Shown: positions 1-10,023 of the stretch, piece after piece
How the letters are laid out: each line of letters begins with the position of its first letter
Position numbering within the stretch: position 1 is the stretch's first letter
NCBI GenBank assembly: GCA_024684535.1
Contig: JAIKWQ010000052.1
Location: 1 to 56,566, forward strand
DNA from: Eubacterium sp.
GTDB lineage: Bacteria; Bacillota; Clostridia; Lachnospirales; Lachnospiraceae
Reading direction: 5' to 3'
DNA length: 56,566 nucleotides
Notes under the pieces: generated by a model
Told to the model about the DNA's origin: nothing
Seen by the model: only the letters and a program-made list of their open reading frames with translations
Database searches by the model: none
Program-made: the position numbers and the translations under genes

Positions 1-126
1 CTCTGATTCATATTCGCTTGACAGATAAGATGCCGAAGGTAACCTGAACGAAAGAATTATACTTTTTCCTGAATGAAGTGACGGCTTGGAGAGGATTGTT
101 TTTCCGTCGATTTTTCAAACTATCTA

Positions 127-166
127 TTGACTTACTACCTAATTTTTGATAGTATTTAGGTAGTAA
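127..166 (+). promoter_or_regulatory. sigma70-type promoter overlapped by an 11-bp inverted-repeat operator
   Basis: TTGACT (127-132), 17-bp spacer, TG-n-TAGTAT (150-155). Perfect inverted repeat TTACTACCTAA (132-142) / TTAGGTAGTAA (156-166). Confidence 0.7.
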
Positions 167-197
167 ATTAAACTCGTTGCAGAAAGCAGGTGTTCAA

Positions 198-521
198 ATG
201 CACAGATTCGCTTATTCCTTTCTGAAATCTGTCAGATGTTATTTCAGATTTGCGTTCTAAGGAAGAGTTTCGCAAAATTCAGTATACCGATGCATTTGAA
301 ACGCTTCATTTACAGAGATTTCTTTGAAAAAAGCAAAAAAATCCGAAAGAGTTGAATGTATTCTTGCAAACGCAATTGTTCCGATTTCAAAAAAGGAAAT
401 ACTGGAAAAGGTTCCGGATATCAGTGTAAAAACAGTCGAGCTGGTGTTAAGTAAAATGTTGAAAAACAACAGTATAAAAAAAATAGGCACATATAAAGAT
501 GCACGATATATAAAAAAATAG
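198..521 (+). pseudogene. Fic-family protein remnant (N-terminus plus C-terminal wHTH; Fic core deleted)
   Basis: ATG 198 gives MHRFAYSFLK. The +1 frame gives LSDVISDLRSKEEFRKIQYTDAFETL. The original frame resumes with FTEISLKKAKKSERVE...ISKKEILEKVPDISVKTVELVLSKM...IGTYKDARY. These resemble both ends of clostridial Fic-wHTH proteins, and no HPFxDGNGR motif is present. Confidence 0.7.
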
Positions 522-562
522 AACCGTCCCGCCGTTGCACGTGATTCGTCAAGACATTCTAT

Positions 563-1369
563 CTACTTCCCCTTCTTCCCTCTCTCATAGAAAAAAATGT
601 ACTGCTGGATGATTCCGGCTTCTTCTCCATACAGTTCAAACGGCGACACGCCGGCGCACTCTTCTCTGATTGCCCTTTCTATCCAGACATCGATGGGGAC
701 CATAGATATCCTTGCGTAAGCAAAGAGGCACACACAGTTCGCGACTTTTTTTCCGACTCCGCGTAAGCGCATAAGATTTTCAAAAAGCTCCTCATCCGAC
801 AGGTCGTAGAGCTTTTCGAGGTCAATTTCTCCAGATACAACAGCCTTTGCTGCATCTGATACATAAGTCGTTCTGTAGCCCAGTCCGCAACTACTGAGGT
901 CATCAAGCGGGACAGCGCTCAATGCCTCAGGTGTCGGGAAAAGACTTACTCCGTCAGGAGTTTTTTTTCCGTATTTTTCGGATATTTTTTCAACTGATGA
1001 TGATATTGCGGGGATACTTTTCCGCTGAGATATGATGAAGCTTATGAGAGTTTCAAAAGGGTCCTGCTTCAATACCCGTATGCCTTTTCCGTACTCCATC
1101 GCCGCATCGACAAATTCGCTTTTGCCTTTTGCTTCGCGTCGGATAGATGCATAGTTTCTGCCGAGATCAAAATACGGTGCCCAAGTGTCTTGCCATTTTT
1201 CTTCAGAGCAGGAAATATCGTATGTCTTTTCATCGACTTTTTTTATATACATAACATCCTGCCCGGTGACAAACCTGTAGACGCCGTTCGACATTTTTGT
1301 GATGCGGAATGCCTGGCCGGAAAGCATTATTTTTTCGAGATCGAAATCGTCAGTTATTTTCTTCACCAT
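563..1369 (-). CDS. 8-oxoguanine DNA glycosylase-like protein (Ogg, HhH-GPD)
   Basis: SGQAFR N-terminal Ogg motif, LKQDPFETLISFIISQ, GLGYR, HhH motif LRGVGKKVANCVCLF, PIDVW Asp, C-terminal AGIIQQYIF. Start moved to ATG 1369 after AAGGA. Confidence 0.85.
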   Translation of the reverse strand: MVKKITDDFDLEKIMLSGQAFRITKMSNGVYRFVTGQDVMYIKKVDEKTYDISCSEEKWQDTWAPYFDLGRNYASIRREAKGKSEFVDAAMEYGKGIRVLKQDPFETLISFIISQRKSIPAISSSVEKISEKYGKKTPDGVSLFPTPEALSAVPLDDLSSCGLGYRTTYVSDAAKAVVSGEIDLEKLYDLSDEELFENLMRLRGVGKKVANCVCLFAYARISMVPIDVWIERAIREECAGVSPFELYGEEAGIIQQYIFFYERGKKGK

Positions 1370-2033
1370 TTTTCCTTTTTCTCGTGAGAAGACAGAACAC
1401 CGGAGTGTCAATAATCGCAAGTATAGCTTTCAATATGTATTGTCCCACAAACATAGCGCCGAGTGTCGGCCACATTTTTGAGTCAAACAGCCATCCGAAA
1501 CCGCAACCGAACGCGATTCCGATGAACAGAATTGTATCGATGATCTGCGACGTGAGCGTGGAAAGATTGTTCCAAATCCATCTCTTGTGATAATTCTCCG
1601 GATCCTTTGCGAGCATCCTGTCACGTACCTTGTGAAAAATGAGCACATCCCAAGACTGCGACGCGATGTATGCTGTCAAACTTCCCAGCACAATTACCCA
1701 GTTCTGGCCAAGCAACGCATCGTATGACTTCTGCATATCGGGATCTACCGCCGGCAAATACTGCGTAAGCAAAATCATAAGCGATGCCAGCACCTGGCAT
1801 ATAAATCCCCAGAACACACAGCGATTGGCTTCTTTTCTTCCCCATATCTCACCAATCACATCTGTCATCAGATAAGTTATGGCATAGCAGATTGCCGCTC
1901 CCGGTAGCTGGATATGAGCGCCAAAAAGGGTTATGGGTACATCGACAACTTTGCCCGTAACAACATTTGATATAACAAGCGAAGTCGCAAATATCATACA
2001 TATAAGTATCAGGTTTTTATCTGTCTTTTTAAT
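1350..2033 (-). CDS. yhhQ: queuosine precursor transporter (YhhQ/VUT family); probable ATT start
   Basis: Multi-TM protein with TYLMTDVIGEIWG, GSLTAYIASQSWDV, WIWNNLSTLTSQIIDT and KAILAIIDTP motifs. AGGAGG lies 8 nt upstream of ATT at 2033. Confidence 0.88.
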   Translation of the reverse strand: MKKTDKNLILICMIFATSLVISNVVTGKVVDVPITLFGAHIQLPGAAICYAITYLMTDVIGEIWGRKEANRCVFWGFICQVLASLMILLTQYLPAVDPDMQKSYDALLGQNWVIVLGSLTAYIASQSWDVLIFHKVRDRMLAKDPENYHKRWIWNNLSTLTSQIIDTILFIGIAFGCGFGWLFDSKMWPTLGAMFVGQYILKAILAIIDTPVFCLLTRKRKNGEENN

Positions 2034-2034
2034 C

Positions 2035-2739
2035 TTACTTTCCTCCTTTGAGTGCGGGGTCATCCGCTCCGTTATCTGCAAATGCTCTCGCCCTGTCTAT
2101 ACAGGTTCCGCATACCCCGCAAGGTTTTTCTCCGCCCTCGTAGCAACTCCAGGTAAGCTCATACGGAGCATTATTCTCAAGTCCTATTCTCACAACATCC
2201 GACTTTGAACATTTCCCTGCAAAAGGCGCATACACCTTCACTTTTCCGTATGTTCCGGTGGTTATCGCATCATTCATCGGATTCACGAAATCGAGACTGC
2301 AATCTGCATAAACATTGCCTGCGGCATCATCCGCGTGAACACCTATCCACAGTGTAACCTCGTCATCGGGGTAAACAGACATCGCAAGAGCCGCCCCTGC
2401 CGAGAGCATAAGTCCGTTTCGAAAAGGCACATAAGTATCTATGATTCCTTCGCCTTTTTCCTCTATCTGTTCGGCATAACTTTTGTGATTGATTTCTTTG
2501 GTACTTCCGGATAAAAGCGAACAGTCACTGAACTGCATGATACTCGACAGATCCATCTGATAATGCGCTATACCGAAGTATTCAGCTATAGCTTCAGAGG
2601 CTCTGAGTTCTTTGTCATGTTTTTGACCATAGAAAAATGAAACGGCAGATACATTTTCTGCTCCGAATTCTTTTACCGCAAGCGAAAGACAAGTGGTAGA
2701 ATCCAGTCCTCCACTACTTAGAACAACTGCTTTTTTCAA
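2035..2739 (-). CDS. queC: 7-cyano-7-deazaguanine synthase QueC
   Basis: SGGLDS PP-loop, YGQKH, TYVPFRN, and Zn site TWSCY...[11 protein letters not shown] start with AGGAGG. Confidence 0.95.
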   Translation of the reverse strand: MKKAVVLSSGGLDSTTCLSLAVKEFGAENVSAVSFFYGQKHDKELRASEAIAEYFGIAHYQMDLSSIMQFSDCSLLSGSTKEINHKSYAEQIEEKGEGIIDTYVPFRNGLMLSAGAALAMSVYPDDEVTLWIGVHADDAAGNVYADCSLDFVNPMNDAITTGTYGKVKVYAPFAGKCSKSDVVRIGLENNAPYELTWSCYEGGEKPCGVCGTCIDRARAFADNGADDPALKGGK

Positions 2740-3227
2740 GATGAATTCCTCCTCAATGTATGTACTGTGGAAAGGAATTCCAACTTTCTTTTTTCTTCAA
2801 ATTCTTTGTGCTCTTCATCAGCATATGTCACAAACGGATATATGGCAATCCCGCCGCGAGGAGTAAAAATGCCGTACACCTCGATGTACTTCGGATTCAT
2901 CAGTTTCTTTAAATCCTTCATGATTATATTCATACAATCCTCGTGAAAATCTCCATGATTTCTGAAACTGAACAAATACAGTTTGAGCGATTTGCTCTCA
3001 ACCATTTTTTTGTCAGGGATGTATGAAATAAATATTTTTGCAAAATCCGGCTGACCGGTAATCGGGCACAGACTTGTAAATTCATACGCATCAAAAGTAA
3101 CCAGGTATTCATTCTCCGGATGTTTATTATCAAATGTTTCAAGTACATCCGGATCATAATCATACTCGTATTCTGTACCTTTGTTTCCGAGAAGTGTCAG
3201 ACCTTCTTCTTTTTTGTTTCTTGACAT
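2736..3227 (-). CDS. queF: NADPH-dependent preQ0 reductase QueF (type I)
   Basis: [35 protein letters not shown] and PRGGI motifs. Confidence 0.96.
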   Translation of the reverse strand: MSRNKKEEGLTLLGNKGTEYEYDYDPDVLETFDNKHPENEYLVTFDAYEFTSLCPITGQPDFAKIFISYIPDKKMVESKSLKLYLFSFRNHGDFHEDCMNIIMKDLKKLMNPKYIEVYGIFTPRGGIAIYPFVTYADEEHKEFEEKRKLEFLSTVHTLRRNSS

Positions 3228-3340
3228 TTTTACCTCACATTTCAGTCAGTATTAATTGTATTCTGTTTTATGAAAAACAGTCTTTTAATTTTTCCAAGCT
3301 CGGTTGCAAATCTCCTCCTTATGCCCCCTATAAAAGTTGA

Positions 3341-5173
3341 TTATACTATTTTGAATTTCAGCTTATTTGTTTTCTTGACCTTGCCCTTTCCCTTGATGAT
3401 AGCTGTAGCAGTACCTTTTTTCACATTATTCTTGTATTTTACAGTATAATACTTTTTGCTTAAGTTTTCAATCTTTTTTATCGGTTTGATCTTCTTTCCG
3501 GTATACTTGTACTCGGATTTCAAATCAACATAGTAGGAGCGGATATCATCAGAGCTTTTGATTGTAGCTTCTTTGTTGGTGTAGAAAACTCCTTTTTTAT
3601 TGCCCGACAGGGTGTTTGATTTGAATGTTACATTTGCCCTGTAAGTATAAATTCCGTATTTTTTATTCTTTTTAATCTTGTTTTTCTGTACGGTTGCCGT
3701 CGTTCCTGTTCCAAGGTAGATTCCATTTTTCATACCCTGTATGGTATTTGATACTATTGAAAAATCAGACTGTATCAGCTCTACACCGTTTGGAGTGTTG
3801 AGAAGTACTTTTATGAGTTTTGAAAAGCTCTTATATTTTATGGTGTTTCCTTTTATCACTCCTGAAGAGTAAAGCCCGTAGAAAAATTCATTGACAGCTT
3901 CGGCTTTGTTGTCTTTTACAAGCAGGTTTTTGAAATTCCTCGCGTCTATGCAGACATTTGTTATTTTTGAAAATGTATTCCCGATGATATTTATATCATT
4001 CAGATGCACCCCTGAAGTGATTCCATGCGCGCCTATACCGCACATATAATTACTGATGGTGCAACCTGTGATTGTTATGTCTTTGCAGGCAGTGTTGTCG
4101 TGGGGCACCATCGATGGTGTCGATGCAGCTGAACAGTAGTCGAGCTGGATAGCTTCTTTGAGAGGAGTGTATTCGCTCACTTCGGTTTTCGGCAATGTAT
4201 ATCCGCTCAGTTTGACATTCTCCACCGTCGCTCCGTTGATTCCCGCCAGCTCTATCAGATGCTCACCGCAGGTGTTTTTTACAGTTGTGTCTTTTATGGT
4301 TATATTTTGTCCATGCCCGAAATACAAAAGATCTGAAGATCCGCTGCCGTCAGCATTTCCGTCCCATGTTCCTCCGGTCACAGTGAAGTTTTTTATCTGG
4401 TTATATCCTTTTATGCTTTCATCCGCGTGGCTTCTGAGCATTGATTTGCCACCGGCTGAGGTTGCGCGTTTCATAATTGTTTTTGATGCGAGCGTAAGCT
4501 TCGTGTTTGAGTAAGCATACATAACACCGTCTGTATCGTATGTTCCCTTGGGGATTTTTACGCTCAGTTCATCGCCCTCATTCAGGTACTGCGCCTGCGC
4601 CAAAGCGCTTTTGATTGCTTTGGTATCGCTTACTCCGTCATCAGCCATCGCTCCCATGTCGGTAACAACGTTGATTGCATTTTTATATGCGTGCAGATTG
4701 AACTTAAATGATATTTCGGGATTTGTAAGTGAAGTTGCGGTGATAGTCGCGTCGCCCATATTTTTCACTTTCACGACACCTTTTTCAGATACGGTCGCCA
4801 TAGTCGTGTTGTTGCTTTCAAATATGAGTGTTTTGTCGGTGGCGTTGTCAGGCGTCACCGTCGGAGTAAGTGTGATCTTGTCTCCGACCCAGACTTCCAA
4901 TGTGTCTGAATCCTTGAGTTCGGTTTTTTCAGTCACTGTCTTTTCAGGGTAGATGCTCTTCATCGTATACTGCATAGATATCCCCGTCACAGGATCGGTG
5001 ATGACCAAAGGTGTGGGTGACGGCGTTACAGTCGGTTCCGGCGTCTCCTGTGGCTCAGCGGTGGTCTCATCGGCGTGCATAACATGCACCCCGATAGCAG
5101 GGTTTCCCACTACAAGCGAAAACGCCACAATCATACTTATTATACAAAAATGTCTTTTTTTCATATTATCCAT
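3341..5173 (-). CDS. secreted Ig-like (Big_2) plus right-handed beta-helix (pectin lyase-like) protein with Lys-rich C-terminus
   Basis: Signal peptide, P/T-rich linker, Big_2 motif (VTPDNATDK...VSEKGVV), NVVTDMGA..DDGVSDTKAI beta-helix cap, and EAIQLD. Confidence 0.75.
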   Translation of the reverse strand: MDNMKKRHFCIISMIVAFSLVVGNPAIGVHVMHADETTAEPQETPEPTVTPSPTPLVITDPVTGISMQYTMKSIYPEKTVTEKTELKDSDTLEVWVGDKITLTPTVTPDNATDKTLIFESNNTTMATVSEKGVVKVKNMGDATITATSLTNPEISFKFNLHAYKNAINVVTDMGAMADDGVSDTKAIKSALAQAQYLNEGDELSVKIPKGTYDTDGVMYAYSNTKLTLASKTIMKRATSAGGKSMLRSHADESIKGYNQIKNFTVTGGTWDGNADGSGSSDLLYFGHGQNITIKDTTVKNTCGEHLIELAGINGATVENVKLSGYTLPKTEVSEYTPLKEAIQLDYCSAASTPSMVPHDNTACKDITITGCTISNYMCGIGAHGITSGVHLNDINIIGNTFSKITNVCIDARNFKNLLVKDNKAEAVNEFFYGLYSSGVIKGNTIKYKSFSKLIKVLLNTPNGVELIQSDFSIVSNTIQGMKNGIYLGTGTTATVQKNKIKKNKKYGIYTYRANVTFKSNTLSGNKKGVFYTNKEATIKSSDDIRSYYVDLKSEYKYTGKKIKPIKKIENLSKKYYTVKYKNNVKKGTATAIIKGKGKVKKTNKLKFKIV

Positions 5174-5259
5174 CCAATCCGGAGCGTATACTCACCAATC
5201 TGTTCAACATATGTCTATGATATATTATATGATTATTATCACAAAAAAATGTCATCATC

Positions 5260-7758
5260 CTACTTTATCATCCTGTGAACTGCTTCATATGTTTCTTTGT
5301 CAACTTCCTGTCCCGAAAATGCTGCTTTTTCCATCTCGTCTGCCAGATATGCTCCTTCCGCCTCAGTGAGCGTGGATTTTTCATCCTCGCGTATTGCAGC
5401 TATCCTCTTTTGGTAACTCGTGCCCTCAGGCGAAATGTGTTTGTACCTGCGGGAGTATTTTTCAAATTCCATCACAAGTTTTCCACTTCTGTCTGCTCGC
5501 GAATACCTCACAGCATACGATATTCTGCGCACTATAAACCGAATCAGACGTATGATAAAGATAAGCGCTATAACACTCAAAACTATAGCACCCGCTGCCA
5601 TACCTACTGAATTTGCGCCTTTCATAATAGTTTCTCCGGCAGGCAGATCATCGGTTATTCCCGCTGCATCAGACGCATCTGAATCAGCTGCATTTGAGTC
5701 ATCTCCCGAAAGGAGTCGCAGAAGCCCCGCGAGGAACCCGACTCCCGGAGATGCCTCCGTAGAGTACGGCGTGACATCCGCTATCACCCATCCGCCTCTT
5801 GACTTATCGTAGACCTCAAGCCAGGCGTGAGCAGCAGCGTCCGAAACCTCCACCTCGACAACCTCTTTGTTGTTTAGCGGATTGTACCCTTCATAGTATT
5901 CTTTTGAATTTTTGTCGTATTTAAGAGTTCCGTCACTTGCTATATCAGACGGATCTATCACATATCCCTCAACATATCTCGCAGGTATGCCTAAGTTTCT
6001 GAAAATCAACACCGCAGCACTTGCGAAATGCGCGCAATATCCTTTTCTGTTTTCTGTCAGGAAGTAGTTGACAAAATCCTTGTCATACGGCGTCAGTCCC
6101 GGCTGGTACGAATACGGTATCTCTTTCTGATAGTAATCCGAAAGCTTTTTGACAGTCTCCTCCACACTTGCCGAATTCTTTTTCAGTCCGGCCTCTTCGC
6201 AGAACTTCCGGACAGCTTCTTTGTTATCATCGGGTACTGCAAGCCAAGCGCGTTCCGATACATCCTCTTTTTCACGCTTAACCGACAGACTATCCTCTAA
6301 ATTTGCAGATACTTTTTCTTTGTTTTTATCCTTTTTTTTCGACTTATTTTTCTTGTTTTCTTTACCTGATATTTTTTTGTCTTCATCCAGACTTTCGGAG
6401 TATTTTTTTGCTGTTTCCGATTCGTCAAGCAACGGATAATACTCCATCTCCTTTTTCTGATTCGGCTGTATGGTATACTCAGACGCTCCCTCTTTCGAGT
6501 CCATATAATATGGCAGATAAACACCTATTGCCGCGCCCGTATTTTCAACTTCTATTTTTGCTTTTGATGACTTTTCTTTGTTGTTATTTTTCTCAAAAAT
6601 ATCTTTAAGCACCCTGCCCGTCAGACTCGAAGTGCTCTCAGGCTTAGGCACCTCTCCGGTCATATCACGAAGCCATCTGTTTTCAAACGGCCAATACCAC
6701 GCCCCGGTAAACGACCTCAGATAAATTCTTTTTGTATCGTACGGAACAAGCGTAACCTTCAAATCAGTCTCGTAGTCGAGCTGAACAGAATTCACGCCAC
6801 CAAGCACACCACTTGAGAGCCCTCCTGTATTCGGATACATATTAAAAATGCCCCAGATGCCGAGTTTATATAAATTCTCAAATGTCTCTTTGGTTTCTTC
6901 TTTCCAGGCACTTGTTTTTCTGACCGACGCATACTGTGACTGAGGACTGATAATCCCAAAAATCACAGTCACGACAAGTACACCTGCCACAACTGCTCCG
7001 ACTGTTTTTATGTGCGAACCGAAATCATATATATAGTTAATATACGTTCTTTTTTTTCTGAAACCGACAGGTCTGTTTTTAACTATATATCTGTTGTTAT
7101 CAGGCGTTATATCGAAATGCTCTCCGCCACGCATAATCCAAGTCAGAATAATCCCTGCGATAAGCATAACAGAATAAAACAAATCAGGTTCTTTTTCAAG
7201 ATAGAACGGAATCAAAAGGACCAACACGCTCAGCACTGTCGCAACCATGTATTTCATTCTTCTGGATATGATGACATTAAAAAGTATGGCATTTACCCAG
7301 CCTACATATATAGATGAAATTGTTATGGTCAGGTATCTGTTCGGGAGTCTTTCTTTGAAGCCCTGTATAACTTCCGTTCCGAAAAAAACAGCAGCTTTTT
7401 CAGCCATATTATTGACCACTGCGAAAAATCCGCTGCTTATATAATTCCTGAGTTGTATCGCAACAAAAAGCATAAATACAAACAGCAATATATACCCTAA
7501 GTTTTCCCACAATTTTGAATAATACAATAATGAACAAAAAAGTGAGCCGGCGAGTATGAACAGGTTGACCATCAGGACGTTATACGAAACGCCGAGAGAC
7601 GAAAGCAGACAGCCTGTCTGTCCCATCACAACCATATAGACCATGAGGCCTTTCAGCAGAAGCGTCAGGATTCTTTTTTCAGTATTTACTCCTTCTCTTT
7701 GTGAATACTCTATCCCGTAGGTGAGCAGTATCGGAGTATTTTTCTTCTTTTTTCCCAT
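5260..7758 (-). CDS. membrane transglutaminase-like (TgpA-type) protein
   Basis: N-terminal TM bundle; catalytic triad GYCAHFASA, HAWLEVY and DVTP; C-terminal TM segment. Confidence 0.88.
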   Translation of the reverse strand: MGKKKKNTPILLTYGIEYSQREGVNTEKRILTLLLKGLMVYMVVMGQTGCLLSSLGVSYNVLMVNLFILAGSLFCSLLYYSKLWENLGYILLFVFMLFVAIQLRNYISSGFFAVVNNMAEKAAVFFGTEVIQGFKERLPNRYLTITISSIYVGWVNAILFNVIISRRMKYMVATVLSVLVLLIPFYLEKEPDLFYSVMLIAGIILTWIMRGGEHFDITPDNNRYIVKNRPVGFRKKRTYINYIYDFGSHIKTVGAVVAGVLVVTVIFGIISPQSQYASVRKTSAWKEETKETFENLYKLGIWGIFNMYPNTGGLSSGVLGGVNSVQLDYETDLKVTLVPYDTKRIYLRSFTGAWYWPFENRWLRDMTGEVPKPESTSSLTGRVLKDIFEKNNNKEKSSKAKIEVENTGAAIGVYLPYYMDSKEGASEYTIQPNQKKEMEYYPLLDESETAKKYSESLDEDKKISGKENKKNKSKKKDKNKEKVSANLEDSLSVKREKEDVSERAWLAVPDDNKEAVRKFCEEAGLKKNSASVEETVKKLSDYYQKEIPYSYQPGLTPYDKDFVNYFLTENRKGYCAHFASAAVLIFRNLGIPARYVEGYVIDPSDIASDGTLKYDKNSKEYYEGYNPLNNKEVVEVEVSDAAAHAWLEVYDKSRGGWVIADVTPYSTEASPGVGFLAGLLRLLSGDDSNAADSDASDAAGITDDLPAGETIMKGANSVGMAAGAIVLSVIALIFIIRLIRFIVRRISYAVRYSRADRSGKLVMEFEKYSRRYKHISPEGTSYQKRIAAIREDEKSTLTEAEGAYLADEMEKAAFSGQEVDKETYEAVHRMIK

Positions 7759-7771
7759 ACGCCCCCCTCAC

Positions 7772-8839
7772 TTAGTTTACCACTATAGCAGACGGTCCTG
7801 CTCCCTCAAATTTCACTCTCACATATGATTCAAGATATGGATAAATCTTGCCCATATACGACCTGATATCATCCTCAGCTACACCGTCACCGACATAACA
7901 CTGAAGCGGCTTATCATAGATATCCGCAAACGCCTGCATCAGACTCACTTCATCAGATATCGTGTACTCATCAAATCCAACCTTTGAAGCATCATAAACA
8001 AGCAATTTAAGGCCTGATTCAAGCTCGAGCATTTTGTTCAGCAAGCCGTAGCTGTACCTGATGATGTGCCCTGTCATATATATGTCCTTACGGAGTGTGA
8101 TGACCACAACTATGTCAGTTCCCGACATCGAGCTTCTGACTTTTACCATAAGTTCATCGGTTTTTGCAGATAATTTCCAGTGTATATCCCTGATCCTGTC
8201 ACCTTCGATGTACTCTCTGATTTCAGTTACTTCAGATGTATCGCTTCCTTTGCGGTTTGCCTCCTCAGCTTCCACCGCCCCTGTCTCAAGACCTGATATA
8301 TCTTCCTTCTGACGGTATGTTTTTTTTGGTAGCGATTTCATAACCGTCGACTTTGATCTGTCAACTTCCGGTTCCATTTTTTTTCTGACATAAATTAATC
8401 CTGCCCAATCGGATATTTTTATGCGGTTTATTCTCACATAATAACTTCCGATATCAGTTATTTTGAACGGAATAATAAGTCTGTCTCCACCCTTTTTTAA
8501 CGGCACTGAGACATCTACCGGATCTTCATTACCAAAAAATGAATTGCCGAAAATAATCTCTGCTTCAAGTCCCGGAAGTGGGATAAAACTGTTGTTTTTT
8601 GATATTATCAAAACCTCGCTCTCCTCGCCCTCAGCCAGTATGGAAATATGAGATTTCACTTCTATATCTACTTTTTTGTATGCGTATAAAAATGTCGCGA
8701 TAGAAATCAAAGGAAGTATAATAAGTATGATTAAAAACAGTATCAGAAAATAACTTCTGAACATAGAAAAAAGAACGCCGAACAGCGCGCACAGAATCAT
8801 ATATCCGATCCATCTGAAAACATATAATCCAAAACGCAT
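7772..8839 (-). CDS. DUF58 domain protein
   Basis: IREYIEGDRIRDIHWKLSAK motif and N-terminal TM segments; lies between the MoxR and transglutaminase genes. Confidence 0.88.
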   Translation of the reverse strand: MRFGLYVFRWIGYMILCALFGVLFSMFRSYFLILFLIILIILPLISIATFLYAYKKVDIEVKSHISILAEGEESEVLIISKNNSFIPLPGLEAEIIFGNSFFGNEDPVDVSVPLKKGGDRLIIPFKITDIGSYYVRINRIKISDWAGLIYVRKKMEPEVDRSKSTVMKSLPKKTYRQKEDISGLETGAVEAEEANRKGSDTSEVTEIREYIEGDRIRDIHWKLSAKTDELMVKVRSSMSGTDIVVVITLRKDIYMTGHIIRYSYGLLNKMLELESGLKLLVYDASKVGFDEYTISDEVSLMQAFADIYDKPLQCYVGDGVAEDDIRSYMGKIYPYLESYVRVKFEGAGPSAIVVN

Positions 8840-8851
8840 TCCGGATTCTCC

Positions 8852-9787
8852 CTAAACTTGTATAACAGGGCACTGTTTCATCATTTCTAGTATGCAGGAT
8901 TTTTCTGATCTGCCCTCAGCTCTCGCCCTGGAACTCAAACGCACTCTGTGGCCGAGAACATCCGCAGCTACTTTTTGGATATCCTCATCCGTCACGAAAT
9001 CCCTTCCGTCGAGGATTGCCATGGCTCTCGACATACGAAGAAGCGCTATCGAACCTCTCGGGCTTGCTCCGTTTTCAAAATAATCTCCCTGTCTGGTTGC
9101 TTCGGTAAGCCTGACCATATAATCATACAGTTTATCATCCACAAACACTTCTCGAGTCTTTTTTTGCCAGTCGAGAAGCTGCTCCAATGACATCCTGACA
9201 GATATACTGTCAAGGTTTTCCCATACTTCTTTTTTCAGAATTTCTATCGCATCTTCGTGCGCAGGATAACCCATAGAAATCCTGATCATAAATCTGTCCA
9301 TCTGAGACTCGGGGAGTTTTTGTGTTCCCGATGAACCCAGTGGATTTTCCGTAGCTATAACAACAAATGGCTTGGGAAGTTTAAACGTCCTTCCCTCGAC
9401 ACTTGCCTGTCTTTCTTCCATAGCTTCGAGCAGAGCGGATTGTGTTTTCGGTGAAGTACGATTAATCTCATCCGCCAGAAAAAGATTACAAAAAACGGAA
9501 CCCGGACGAAATACAAACTCGCCTTTTGACTTGTCATACATAGAAAATCCGAGAAGGTCACTCGGCAAAACATCCGGAGTAAACTGGACTCTGTGATATT
9601 CCAGCGAAAGAGTTTTTGCAAGTGTTGTTGCAAGCGTTGTCTTTCCCACTCCCGGAATATCCTCCATCAGGATATGTCCTTCCGCAAGTATGGCAGCAAG
9701 GAGTTTTTCTATAACTGCATCCTTGCCCTTGATTATGCTTCCGATTTCTTTTTGAATCTCAACAAAAACAGGATTTTTCATTCGCAA
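8852..9787 (-). CDS. MoxR-family AAA+ ATPase
   Basis: EDIPGVGKT Walker A, RVQFTPDVLPSD, LADEINRTSPKTQSALLEAMEE and GASPRG. Confidence 0.93.
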   Translation of the reverse strand: MRMKNPVFVEIQKEIGSIIKGKDAVIEKLLAAILAEGHILMEDIPGVGKTTLATTLAKTLSLEYHRVQFTPDVLPSDLLGFSMYDKSKGEFVFRPGSVFCNLFLADEINRTSPKTQSALLEAMEERQASVEGRTFKLPKPFVVIATENPLGSSGTQKLPESQMDRFMIRISMGYPAHEDAIEILKKEVWENLDSISVRMSLEQLLDWQKKTREVFVDDKLYDYMVRLTEATRQGDYFENGASPRGSIALLRMSRAMAILDGRDFVTDEDIQKVAADVLGHRVRLSSRARAEGRSEKSCILEMMKQCPVIQV

Positions 9788-9804
9788 TCATCCCCCGTAC
9801 ATCC

Positions 9805-10023
9805 TTATCGTTTGGCTCCCTCTGTTTTTTCACCGGCAACCGGCTCACCTGAAACCGCCTGTCCCGATGCTGCCTGCTGCATTTTGTATGCTTCTTCGTA
9901 TTTATTCTTTGAGAACATCATATACACAAACATTGATCCGAAAACAAGTACAATAAATGCAACAAAAAACAGTATTGTTTTAATCACCAGATTCCTTTTT
10001 GATTTTTTGCTTGATACCATCAT
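9805..10023 (-). CDS. small single-pass membrane protein
   Basis: Basic N-terminus followed by one TM helix; 4-bp overlap with the upstream gene. Confidence 0.7.
   Translation of the reverse strand: MMVSSKKSKRNLVIKTILFFVAFIVLVFGSMFVYMMFSKNKYEEAYKMQQAASGQAVSGEPVAGEKTEGAKR

Noticed and set aside
1-120. possible gene end or structured RNA at the window start
   Set aside because: Too short, with only weak pairing; no family could be recognised.
563-3227. dpd-type 7-deazaguanine DNA modification island
   Set aside because: No dpdA/tgtA5, dpdB or dpdC is present, and queF plus the transporter point to tRNA queuosine metabolism.
3228-3340. preQ1 riboswitch or regulatory uORF upstream of queF
   Set aside because: No class I, II or III preQ1 consensus is recognisable by eye. 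An AGGAGG-TTG 13-codon ORF and a 7-bp AT-rich hairpin exist, but the ORF is not enriched in Q-decoded codons. An Infernal search would settle it.
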